A DNA stretch of 64,000 nucleotides from IMG/VR virus record IMGVR_UViG_3300027848_000016; one strand, given 5' to 3'. This document shows positions 31,496-42,000 of the stretch, piece after piece. Under the pieces are notes generated by a model, which saw only the letters and a list, made by a program, of their open reading frames with translations, had not been told where the DNA came from and searched no databases. Made by a program: the position numbers and the translations under genes. This stretch comes from an uncultured virus (IMG/VR IMGVR_UViG_3300027848_000016) (taxonomy: Duplodnaviria > Heunggongvirae > Uroviricota > Caudoviricetes). Each line of letters begins with the position of its first letter. Position 1 is the stretch's first letter.

Positions 31496-32632
31496 TTAAT
31501 ATTTTACAATAACTACGCCAGAACCGCCGGTACCTCCGTGTGCTCCGGATCCGCCGCCTGTGTTTGCTCCTCCGGGGCCGCCGCCCACAATAACACCGCA
31601 GGTGTTGCCTGTGTTAAGTGCTTGTCCGCCGCCCATAAATTGACGACCTTGAGCGCCGCCTGTTAACGGATTATTAGGGTTTGGCGCAGCTTGACCTCCG
31701 TAAGGTCCTGCATGATGATAGCCACCGCCGCCACCGCCGCCAACGCCTCCGGCATAGGTTCCCCATCCTAAATGGCCACCACCACCACCACCGCCGCCCC
31801 AGTAAAGTGTTGGTCCTAGTGTGTCTGCTGCACGACCTACTCCGCCGGTTACTTGATCACTTCTAAATGATCCTCTATAATTTTGTCTACCATCCGGAGC
31901 ACTAGCGCCGCCACCACCTGCTCCACCACCACCACCACCGTTGTGAGTGTTTTCATTATCTACGTTAAATCTAACACCGCTTCCGCCTGGATAACCTTGG
32001 CCGCTAACACTCAATCCACCATAATTGCGGGTGCGACTGTCAATGCCATCACCTGTGTTGGCACCTCCGCCCCCAGAACCGCCTGGGCGCCCTGCTGTGG
32101 GTGTGCCTAAGCCCCCTGGTTGAGAATGGTTCCAAGTACCTCCTTGGCCGCCGCCCGTGCCTGTCAAACTTGAAAATACCGAGTTTGATCCGTTATTGGT
32201 GCCGCCACCGCCGCCGCCTACTGTTACTGCATATCCTGTACCGGCTGTTACTGGAAAACTACGATTAAGTATTACGCCACCGCCACCGCCACCACCTCCC
32301 CAAGAGCTGCCGCCGCCGCCGCCACCGCCAACAACTAATACTTCAACAGTACCTGTAAATGTGGGCGTAAAAGTATGGCCGCCTACACCAGTAAACATAT
32401 GAGCAATGCCACCTCCGGGAATATATGTTATTGTGTCGCCGCCTGTTCCTACAAGACCTGGACTGTATCCAGTTACAGGACGCCAACCTGCATTATCATA
32501 AAATTCTAGTGTGTTCTGTCCGTTTGTTGTATTGAGTCTAAGTTTTGCTGTACCTACACCGGTACTTGTGGCATTGCTTGGTAAACTCAGTGCCGATGTT
32601 GCTGTAAACGTAGTATTTTTTAAAATTGCCAT
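31496..32632 (-). CDS. Glycine-rich tail fibre/adhesin-like protein 3
   Basis: VEVLVVGGGGGGG, RPGGSGGGG, LYWGGGGG, GGSGVVIVKY; paralog of the next two genes. Confidence 0.8.
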   Translation of the reverse strand: MAILKNTTFTATSALSLPSNATSTGVGTAKLRLNTTNGQNTLEFYDNAGWRPVTGYSPGLVGTGGDTITYIPGGGIAHMFTGVGGHTFTPTFTGTVEVLVVGGGGGGGSSWGGGGGGGGVILNRSFPVTAGTGYAVTVGGGGGGTNNGSNSVFSSLTGTGGGQGGTWNHSQPGGLGTPTAGRPGGSGGGGANTGDGIDSRTRNYGGLSVSGQGYPGGSGVRFNVDNENTHNGGGGGGAGGGGASAPDGRQNYRGSFRSDQVTGGVGRAADTLGPTLYWGGGGGGGGHLGWGTYAGGVGGGGGGGYHHAGPYGGQAAPNPNNPLTGGAQGRQFMGGGQALNTGNTCGVIVGGGPGGANTGGGSGAHGGTGGSGVVIVKY

Positions 32633-32644
32633 AGTGTTTTTTCC

Positions 32645-33778
32645 TTAATATCTTACAATCACAATGCCTGATCCACCGTTTCCAGCAATGCCGTATGCGC
32701 CCCCACCTCCACCACCTGTGTTATCTCCAGCACTGCCGCCATGATAATGTTGATTTCCGCCGGCTCCAGAATTTAACGCCATTCCGCCGCCAACTCCGTT
32801 GCCGTGGTGCGAGCCTGGATAGTTTGGGCCGCCGTGTGTTTGAGTTGAGCCGCCACCGCCGCCGATGCCGCCACTAGATGATAGAGTACTGTTACCATGG
32901 TGCGTTGCACCGCCACCGCCACCACCCCAGTATAAGGTATATCCCATGATGCTGTTAGCTATTCCAGGGCCGCCGTCCGCTAACAGCCCTTGTTGCTTAT
33001 CATCTTCGCTACTAAAACCAGGACCTCCTGCACCGCCGCCGCCACCTGCGCGGTGACTGTCTTCGCTTTGACGATTAAAACGGATTCCGCTACCGCCAGG
33101 AAAGCCTTGTCCTGCAACTCCAAAGCCTCCCAAATTTTTATTACGACTATCATTAGGACCGGTATGTCCATTAGAACCGGCGCCGTTTGATCCTGGGTTG
33201 CCGCCTCCGCCTGATCCCCCTGGGCGTCCAGCATATCCGTCCCAAGATCCACCACCACCACCACCTTGGGCAGTGATAGAGCCAAATACACTATTTGATC
33301 CGTTAGTTGACGATTGTGCGTAAGCAGGTGGTCCTGCTGCTGTTCCAGCTACTGTGATTGGAATGCCAGAACCGGCACTTACAGGAACCGCTCTGCTACT
33401 TATTATTCCTCCTGCACCACCGCCTGCTCCTAAATGTCCACCGCCTGAACCGCCACTAGCGATTACTAACACTTCAACAGTACCTGTAAATGTCGGAGTA
33501 AATGTGTGTGCTCCTGCTGAAGTAAACATATGTACTACACCGTTGGCTCTTCCTACATTTGATCCTGCGTATAAAATAGTATTTCCACCAGTTCCAATAG
33601 ATCCTTTACTAATACCAGTAATTGGGCGCCACCCTGTTGCGTCATAAAATTCTAATAAATTGTTTGCATTATTAAGACGAATCATACCTGGAGTAGGCGA
33701 TGGTCGCTGAGCAGTATTACCACTAGGTATAGTTATAAATCCTGTGTCGTTGATAGATGTGTTTTGTAGAGTTGCCAT
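32645..33778 (-). CDS. Glycine-rich tail fibre/adhesin-like protein 2
   Basis: N-terminal GNTAQRPS...GMIRLN...EFYD..GW; Gly-rich domain ending GGSGIVIVRY. Confidence 0.8.
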   Translation of the reverse strand: MATLQNTSINDTGFITIPSGNTAQRPSPTPGMIRLNNANNLLEFYDATGWRPITGISKGSIGTGGNTILYAGSNVGRANGVVHMFTSAGAHTFTPTFTGTVEVLVIASGGSGGGHLGAGGGAGGIISSRAVPVSAGSGIPITVAGTAAGPPAYAQSSTNGSNSVFGSITAQGGGGGGSWDGYAGRPGGSGGGGNPGSNGAGSNGHTGPNDSRNKNLGGFGVAGQGFPGGSGIRFNRQSEDSHRAGGGGGAGGPGFSSEDDKQQGLLADGGPGIANSIMGYTLYWGGGGGGATHHGNSTLSSSGGIGGGGGSTQTHGGPNYPGSHHGNGVGGGMALNSGAGGNQHYHGGSAGDNTGGGGGGAYGIAGNGGSGIVIVRY

Positions 33779-33789
33779 TTATTAATTCC

Positions 33790-34857
33790 TTAGTATCTAA
33801 CTACGACTATGCCAGAGCCGCCTGCGCCATGTGTTGATCCACCATTGCCGCCGCCGCCGCCGGTGTTAGCTCCACCATTGCCGCCAAATCGAGCATGGCT
33901 GTCACTGTTAGATGCATTTCCGCCTTGATTATATGCCTGGCCGCCGCCTCGACCATTACCTAATCCTGGACCAAACCCCGGAACATAGTGAGCAGCGCCA
34001 CCACCACCACCACCTACTCCGCCGTCACCACCACCGCCATCACAAATGTGTGGGCCGCTTGCGCCGCCGCCGCCCCAGTAAAGAATTTCGCCTAAAATAT
34101 CGTGTGCAATACCGGGACCACCGTGTGTGGCTTGCTGTTGATTTTCATCTTGACTGGCTAGTCCTGGACCACCTGCTCCACCACCACTACCACCATTATG
34201 TGTGTTTTCACTGTCGTCGTTAAATCTTACGCCACTACCGCCAGGAAATCCTTGTCCAGTAATACCCGGTCCTCCGGAGACTCTAAATCTATTTCCAGTT
34301 ACTCCGTCACCACTATTGCCACCTCCGCCGCCTGATCCGCCTGGACGACCCGGAGTGTTACTATTCCATACTCCGCCAGTGCCGCCACCAGTTGCGCTGT
34401 TAGGACCAAAGTTGCTTGCGCCGCCTTGTCCACCTGCGCCGGCTCCGCCGCCTACAGTTAAAGGAATTCCAACACCGGCACTTACAGGAAATGCTCTGTT
34501 AAATACTACGCCACCGCCACCACCACCACCACTCCAACTGTTTGCTCCTGCTCCTGCACCACCTGCAACTACTAATACTTGTACCCAACCGGTAAATGAT
34601 GGTGTAAAGGTGGCTGCTCCAACTGCGGTAAATTCATGTACAATACCATTACCTTTTTGATATATAGATCCGCCGGTGCCTATTGTGCCCTGACTATAGC
34701 CAGTAACTGGGCGCCAATTAGTTCCGTCGTAAAATTCTACTAAGGCAATAGTTGTATTATATCTCATCATTCCATATGCTGGACTTGCTGGGCGCTGTGC
34801 AGTTGTACCCTGAGGTAACGTTAAGTCTGTAAAAGATGATGCTAGGAGATTAGCCAT
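33790..34857 (-). CDS. Glycine-rich tail fibre/adhesin-like protein 1
   Basis: GTTAQRPA...GMMRYN...EFYDGTNW; Gly-rich domain ending GGSGIVVVRY. Confidence 0.8.
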   Translation of the reverse strand: MANLLASSFTDLTLPQGTTAQRPASPAYGMMRYNTTIALVEFYDGTNWRPVTGYSQGTIGTGGSIYQKGNGIVHEFTAVGAATFTPSFTGWVQVLVVAGGAGAGANSWSGGGGGGGVVFNRAFPVSAGVGIPLTVGGGAGAGGQGGASNFGPNSATGGGTGGVWNSNTPGRPGGSGGGGGNSGDGVTGNRFRVSGGPGITGQGFPGGSGVRFNDDSENTHNGGSGGGAGGPGLASQDENQQQATHGGPGIAHDILGEILYWGGGGASGPHICDGGGGDGGVGGGGGGAAHYVPGFGPGLGNGRGGGQAYNQGGNASNSDSHARFGGNGGANTGGGGGNGGSTHGAGGSGIVVVRY

Positions 34858-35691
34858 TTATTTGTTGCCTTTGAGTTGATAAATTTCGTCATTTAAACTC
34901 TTAACTGCTTCAATTAGATATGCTGTTAGTTTTGTATAATGAATTCCGTCATCTTTTACAAGATTAGGTAATACTTTTTCTACTTCTTCTTTGATTAAAC
35001 CTGCTTCGCCTTTAGTACTACCATCTTTACGATCGTATGTAACACCCACTAGTTGAAGGATTGCATCGAGTGCATTTGTAATAGGAGTTATATTTTCTTT
35101 GTACGCAATACTTGAAGTTTCAGTAATAGTTGTAAATCTACCAGTACCTGCTGTAGTTGCACCAACATTAGCACCGTCAATAGACCCGCCGGAGATTATA
35201 GCCGAACCAGCTGTAATTGCTGTTACGCTTAGTCTTCCAGTGCTCGGTACAAATGATAGTTTTGAGCTTGAGGTATTAACTTCAGCAGTTGTGCCACTAG
35301 TACCTGTAATTATTGTAGGATAGTATACTGTTCCATCAGCTACTTGATCAGTAATTGATACAAATGGAGCAGCCCATGTTAATACACCGCTACCATTAGT
35401 TTGAAGCATTTGAGTATTGTCGCCGTCATTTGCTGGAAATGTCAATGTATAACTAGCACCTAATGTTGCAGGTGATTTAAAAGCAACATATGCACTAGAA
35501 TCATCATCAGCAAGTCTAAGTGCGCTACCGTCGTTAATTTGCAAATGTGCTGTAGATTCAACTATTCCAGTACCGTTAGGTTCTAGTACAACATTTGTAT
35601 TTAAAACAACTGATCGCAAACTGTTATTTAATGCAGTTAATGATCCTAATATAGACCTTCCTGATATTCCTGATGTTATTCTTCTAGCCAT
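34858..35691 (-). CDS. Tail fibre protein with C-terminal intramolecular chaperone (peptidase S74-like)
   Basis: ETSSIAYKENI..I..AL..I.QL.GVTY...GLI.EEV..VLP.LV...Y..L...LIEAVK.L. Confidence 0.8.
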   Translation of the reverse strand: MARRITSGISGRSILGSLTALNNSLRSVVLNTNVVLEPNGTGIVESTAHLQINDGSALRLADDDSSAYVAFKSPATLGASYTLTFPANDGDNTQMLQTNGSGVLTWAAPFVSITDQVADGTVYYPTIITGTSGTTAEVNTSSSKLSFVPSTGRLSVTAITAGSAIISGGSIDGANVGATTAGTGRFTTITETSSIAYKENITPITNALDAILQLVGVTYDRKDGSTKGEAGLIKEEVEKVLPNLVKDDGIHYTKLTAYLIEAVKSLNDEIYQLKGNK

Positions 35692-35704
35692 AATCTATTT
35701 TCCT

Positions 35705-36034
35705 TTAAGCGGTTACTGTTTCTATACCGTATACCATTGCTACAGTGTTAGCAGCCGATGAATAAGCATATATTCTTCTTCCTGCTTCAAAAACTAAACC
35801 TGTTCTTTCTAACACACCACCTGGTAGAATTTGTGCATCATATTCAAAATAATCATCTGCTGCCGGTGTTGAAGCATTTGCCGGTTTTGTAGCTGCTAAT
35901 CTAACAGTTATTGATGTTGCATTCTTATTACAAAAACTTACTGTTACTACACTAAAAGTACTAACCGGTACTTCGTAAACTTCTGTATCTGTTGTTGCTA
36001 ATAGATCTGCCGATCCTAATATTCCGTTTGCCAT
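35705..36034 (-). CDS. Small virion adaptor-like protein (paralog A)
   Basis: 109 aa; VYEVP...VSFCN...LVFEAG...YGIE; similar to the 50196 and 58078 ORFs. Confidence 0.7.
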   Translation of the reverse strand: MANGILGSADLLATTDTEVYEVPVSTFSVVTVSFCNKNATSITVRLAATKPANASTPAADDYFEYDAQILPGGVLERTGLVFEAGRRIYAYSSAANTVAMVYGIETVTA

Positions 36035-36049
36035 TTTTAATCTCCGTCC

Positions 36050-39000
36050 TTATCTTAAGAAATAGTTATATGCTAGAGGTAAACCAAGTACAGTTCCACT
36101 GAATACCACGTTCGCTCTTATATTTAGCACACTTCCGCTCAGCGTTGTAATAGTATCGGTCCCAATAAACACGTCACCTGCTGTCACGCTGTTAACGTTA
36201 AGTGTTGCGCCGCCGCCACCAATTTGTGCTTCGATGTATGCTTTAACTGCACGTTGAGTTGGCACTACACTATCACTATTAGCAGTAAAGAATGGGTCAG
36301 TGCTAAACTCGTTAATACTTGCACTGTTACCGCCTAGTGTTACTTCGCCTAGTGATAGTTCTTGCAGTCCGGCAATATTAAACGCATCAGCATTCAATGT
36401 TGCAACACCAGTACTTTGCTCAATGCTAAACAAATCGCCAACTCTAAAGTTACCGTCTTGATCAGTTGCTGTAAAGAACACTCGTCCGCCGTTTGCGTTA
36501 ACAGTTTCGTTAGATTGAACTGGTTGCTGTAACGGGGTATTTGGATAGTTAGTACTCGTAAATCCACCAGTACCAATGTCTAAGAAATCGTGACCTGTTA
36601 ACCGTGCTTGACTAAATCTAATACGTAGTTCTACAGTGTCACCGTCTGGTAGTGAGTCTTTAACTGCTATAGCAGGACTAAGTTGTAAAAAGCCTGTGTA
36701 TGTTCCTGCATTAGTGCCTATAAAACTAATAGTATTAACTAGTTTATAAAATTCACCTGGTAAACTAGCAAATTCAATATTTGACCCGTTAACTGGTCTA
36801 GCACTTAGGCGTCTAACAGCAATAAACGTTCCGGTTTGTGGGAAGTCAGCACCACCATTTGAATTTTGTGCATCAACTTCTGCTGTTGAACTTGTAAAGC
36901 CTGTACCCCTGTTAACAAATGTTGGCTGTCCTAATACTCCGTCACCTAGTCTTGGTACTAATATAACATCGACAATATTGTTAGGATCTGTTACTGTAAC
37001 ACTTGGAGCAGTTGCGTATCCTGAACCAGGTTCTATAATTCTAACTTCAAATATTTGCTCATTTGCTACACTTGCGCGACCTTTTGTAGTTGCGCCAATC
37101 TTAGCGTATACTCCGCCTGTGCCGCTTGCATTCGGAAGTATCACAAACTTACCTTCTCTAGCAGGATTACCAAATGCTATTGCATTGTAGCCGCCTGTAA
37201 TAGTTGTAGTAAGAGTGTATGCTTGCCAGTACAATCCGTCTTGCGAGTATAGAACTTGATCAGTATCATCTGATGTTATAACAAACATACCTTGTCCATA
37301 TGCAAGTCTACGTTCGGTTACAGTCAATGGCAATGTTAGTGCATTTTCATACCATGTAACACCGTCTAAGCTGAACATAATACCGTTAGTGCCACCTAGT
37401 GCCACAAACTTACCGTTACCCCATACAATGTCTGTTACTGCTGCAAATACTGCTGGAGCAGTTGCGCCTATCCAAGTAATACCATCTGCACTATATGCTG
37501 CACTAGTAGTTCCGATATTAATAGCAACAAACTTGCCTGCGCCATATGCTATGTGATCGAATCCTATATTACTTAATGCATCTGTTGTTAGTGTCCAAGT
37601 AGCGCCGCCGTTATCACTATATGCAACATCTCTGTCTGCACTACTAATAACAACAAATCTATTAGTTACTGAGCCTACAACATTTCCGTATGCAATTCTA
37701 GTTTCTGCACTAGTATCCATTCCTACTGGTAGAGTTGATGTATTCCAAGTATCAGCATCTTCACTGTATGCAACAGTACTATCGCCGTCAGCTACAAGTA
37801 CTACAGCACTTGGCTGGAAGGTTGATGAACCATCATTTTGTAAACCGCTTGCAATTCTGCTCCAAAAACCTGCCCCTAGTGAAGGAAGTGTTTCTATACT
37901 CCATGATTCGCCATCTACGCTTAACGCACCATTTGTACCTGCACCAATAGCAAGGAACTTACCTGTTTGTGCTAGTCCGGTAAAGTCATAGTCGACTACT
38001 GCACCACTAACACTGTTAAGTGTAGTTAATGTTACAGTAATATTGTTAGCTGTGCTTGCGCCACCGACGGCTGTACCTGCAATAGTTACAGTATTTAAAC
38101 GTGTATAATCTGTACCAGCATTATTAACTGTTAGGTAATATTTACTGCCGTTACGTGTTACATCAAACGTTAATCCACTGCCGCTGCCGCCTGTTGCGCT
38201 AATGCTAGTATATTGAGCTGCTGTTTCAATATATTTAACATCGCCCCAAGTAGTGGCTGCTGGTAATGTTATTGCAGCATTTGATTTTGCAGGAGCAGTA
38301 AATGCAATTCTTGGTTCAATTTTATAGGTCGAACTTGAGTTAGGTGCAATAATAGGCGTACCTGATACATAATGATCCCATCCTGCTATTCCGTCGCTTT
38401 CTCGAATAACTGTTGCTTCTTTAGTACCAGAATTGTATGTATTAACAATAGCGTATTGGCCGTTTGCTGAGCCACCGCTAATAACTATTTTCATACCTGG
38501 ATATGTACTACTTAGATTGCCGTCAGTTGCAGCTAGGAATATGCCAGTGGTACTTCCGCTTTGTGCAGTATTGCCTACTACTAGATAGTTACTACCGCCT
38601 ATGATTACATCGGGATCTGCATCTTGATCTACAAATGCATAATTTACAGCATTATCACGGAATTCATCAGCAACTAGTACTTCACCTGTTCCTGGACCAA
38701 ATATATTTATTGCTGCTTCAGTATAGTCATTACCTGCATGTCCGTATTCAAGTACAAGAATTTGATTTTGGTCTACATTAACAGTACTAATAGTAGCATT
38801 GTACTGTGTACGATTATCAACAATAGCTGTTACTGGAGTTTCATCAGCGTCGGTGCCTTCTGCAACAGAGCCAAATTCACCGTAACTATTGTTACCGTTA
38901 GTAGCACGTATACGACCACCATTTTCTGCCAAGTAACCGATATGCGAGTAGTATGTAAACACTGACACAAGTTCTGCTCTACCATTATTAGTAATCCACG

Positions 39001-42000
39001 CACCAATACCGTCACTAATAACTTGTGTAAAGTCGTTAGACACGATTGAGTCATTGCCACCGTTGTGTAAATGGCCATCAATCTTTTGACCAATTGCTGC
39101 ATTACCAAATGTAGTTAGACCTTGAACATATGGCGATCGTGAAATAATCCATGTTGTAAAATCGTCTGGTCCCCATCCTGGATCAAGACTTGCGTAAGCG
39201 CCAGCAGTAACACGACTTGTACCATATATGCCTGCAGGAGTTAAATCACCGTTTAATCCTAGTAATGTGCAATCTCTTAAGCCAGTTGCATCTCTTAGAT
39301 AGAACATGTCTTCTTCTCGGCTACCTGTTACTGCATTAGCATAATAACGAGCAACATAGCGTGACTTGTAGTTACCTGGATATTTTAAATCATATTTTAA
39401 TGCATCAATATACGTACCGACGTCTCTTAAACATAACGATAAGTTGTAAGTATAAGAACTAAATGTATTAGTAATGTATGTTGTAACATTAGTTGGTATG
39501 AAACTGTTAGCAGTCTGTATTGCACTAAATGTACTTTGTATTGTTGCAGTTTCACCTGTTGCAACTGGATAAACTTTAGCAACTGTTCCTGCACCGTTAG
39601 TAACGATTGCAATTACATCATCTGCATTGCTTTCGACTGCTGCCTGGCTTGTTGCTTCTGCATCTGCAGATAGCAACGATTTTAGTTCTGTAAGAGCTGC
39701 CAGTGTTGCTGTTTTTTCATCTCCATCGCCAATTTGCAGAGTACCGTATGAGTAGTAACTATCACCAGCAATAACTGATTGATAATTTCCACCATATAAT
39801 ATGTCGAAAGTCGCAGCGTCAACAATATAGCCAACATCGCGCTGGCATGTTGCTTGACCGCCTGCGCCTAGTGCAACCCACTGTGCATTGTAGTTAGTGT
39901 TTAGATAACTTGAAATGCTAGAAACATAAGTTGCTCTATTTGCTATAAATGTTCCAGCAGTTGTACTATCAGCAGCTACCGAAGTACCATTGTCTGGGAA
40001 TGTATAAGTAGGTACTGCTGTTAACCCATTTTCAAGTATGTCTAAAATAATTGCATAAGATCGAGCAATATTAGAATATAAGCTAGAATCAGTAACTTCA
40101 ATTGTCAATCTTCTTGCTTCTTTAATAGCAGCAATTGTTTGTTTTAACTGATTGTTAACAACATTTTGTGCAGATGCAACTGCTCTATAATATGCTGCGC
40201 CGGCAACACTTGATGCAAAGTTAGAACCAGTAATTAAATCATAACTTACAGCATCAATAATGTAACCAATATCACGAGCACAGGTTGCTGAATTATAAAA
40301 GTCATCAAAGTTTACATAGTTATAATTCATCCATGCAGTAACTTCTGATATAATAAACTCTCTATTGCGCTCTAGCTGTAGCATTGCATAGTATGCATTT
40401 TGATCTTCAACTTGACATACACTACCTTCATTAGTAGCGCCAAATATCATTTGATCAATTATAGTAGCACTTAAATTAATTCTAGCAATTGCAGTAGTGT
40501 TACCACCTACGTTTGCTACTGCTTCTGTACTTAGTGCATATTTAATTGCAGCTCTAGTTACTGCTTTTTGATTTAATGTGTAAACTTCAGTAGCAGTCTT
40601 TCTTAGGTATGCATGTGCAGATTTAAGTGTCTGCCAATTAGAGTTAAACATAAAGTCAAATCTAACTGCTTTAAGAATAATACCAATGTCTCTTGAACAC
40701 TTAGCACTATTGTATACTAAGGTAGGATAGTTGCTGTTGATCCAGCTAATGGTATCGGCCTGTATAGTAGCTGCTGCTGAATCTAATGTGCCGCTTGCAC
40801 TAATTAGTGCAGTAGTTGTATTAACACTGTTTGCAGGAGTTGGGTCAACTAGTGTAGTTGTTGTGCTTACAGCAGTTGGACCGTTGTCAAGAATATCAAT
40901 AATGTCTTCAACATTATTTGCAATCTCTGTAATACTACCAACATTTCCAGTTAATACTTGTGCAACTGTAGCTTGATAAGGACTTGCAATTGAACTATTA
41001 CCTGCAACACTTTGTGCTGTAGTTTTTAAGAAGTTCAAAGAGGCAATGGTAGCTGCTTTAATAGATGCTGGAATTTGTGGTATTGTATTATCATCGCCGT
41101 CCCAATATGCTAGACCAGTTTTAACTGCTTGTGCATTGCCGCCATATGTTAAATCATAAATCAATGAATCTATTACATAACGTGAATCTCTGCGAGTGTC
41201 AGTTTTACCATAACGCAGTGTTGGGTATTGATCAGCTAGATACGCAATTACTTCTTCAACAATAAAGTTAATATTTGCTTTAATATTTTCTATAGCAGTT
41301 TCTTGTGCAGATCCAATAAATGTTACAGGTTCCGTTAAGTATGCAGTATGCATTGTGTTTAACGAGTAATCTGTTTGGTACTTCATTACATTGACTAGGT
41401 CTGTAACATTAGTTGATTGAGCTGTAATTGCGTGGGGCCAGTCTTGAAACTGTACTGTTGTATTTCCTGTTGTTGGAGTTACTGATGTACCTACAACAAT
41501 ATCACTTACAACGTCTGCAATTCTATCATAAATTTCAATAGTGTACGTACTGTCACTTGCAGGAATAGTTCCTAATGCTGCATTAATTTGTGTTGAACGA
41601 AGTTCTTCTCCCATTATTGCACAGTATGCGGGAACAATTATTGGTAGCACTTCATAATGCTTACCTGTTGAAACTTTAAGTAGAGTTTGCGGAACATCTC
41701 GAGCAGGGATACTACTTACTAGTCCAGTGTCTATTGCATTAATAATAATATTAGCAAGTGAAGTAAGACGTGTTAATGCGCCTGCTTCTGCTGTAATGGT
41801 AATGTTAATATATTGATCAATAATAGCAGTTGAATCATCTGTTACATTTTGATATATTAATGTAGGAGCAGTATTAGACAATGCGTTACCAATAAGAGTA
41901 AGCATATAGTTATATGCTGCAACTGATTGATCACCTTCTGCTATTAAATTACCGTAAGCGCCTGTTCCGTTATTTTCTGCTGCTGTTGAGTAAGGTCCGT

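Noticed and set aside
32157..34660. Pro-rich and His/Arg-rich plus-strand ORFs
   Set aside because: Antisense shadows of poly-Gly codons in the fibre genes
31496..34857. Diversity-generating retroelement targeting the Gly-rich fibres
   Set aside because: No reverse transcriptase in the window and no template/variable repeat pair differing only at adenines was seen; similarity is ordinary paralogy
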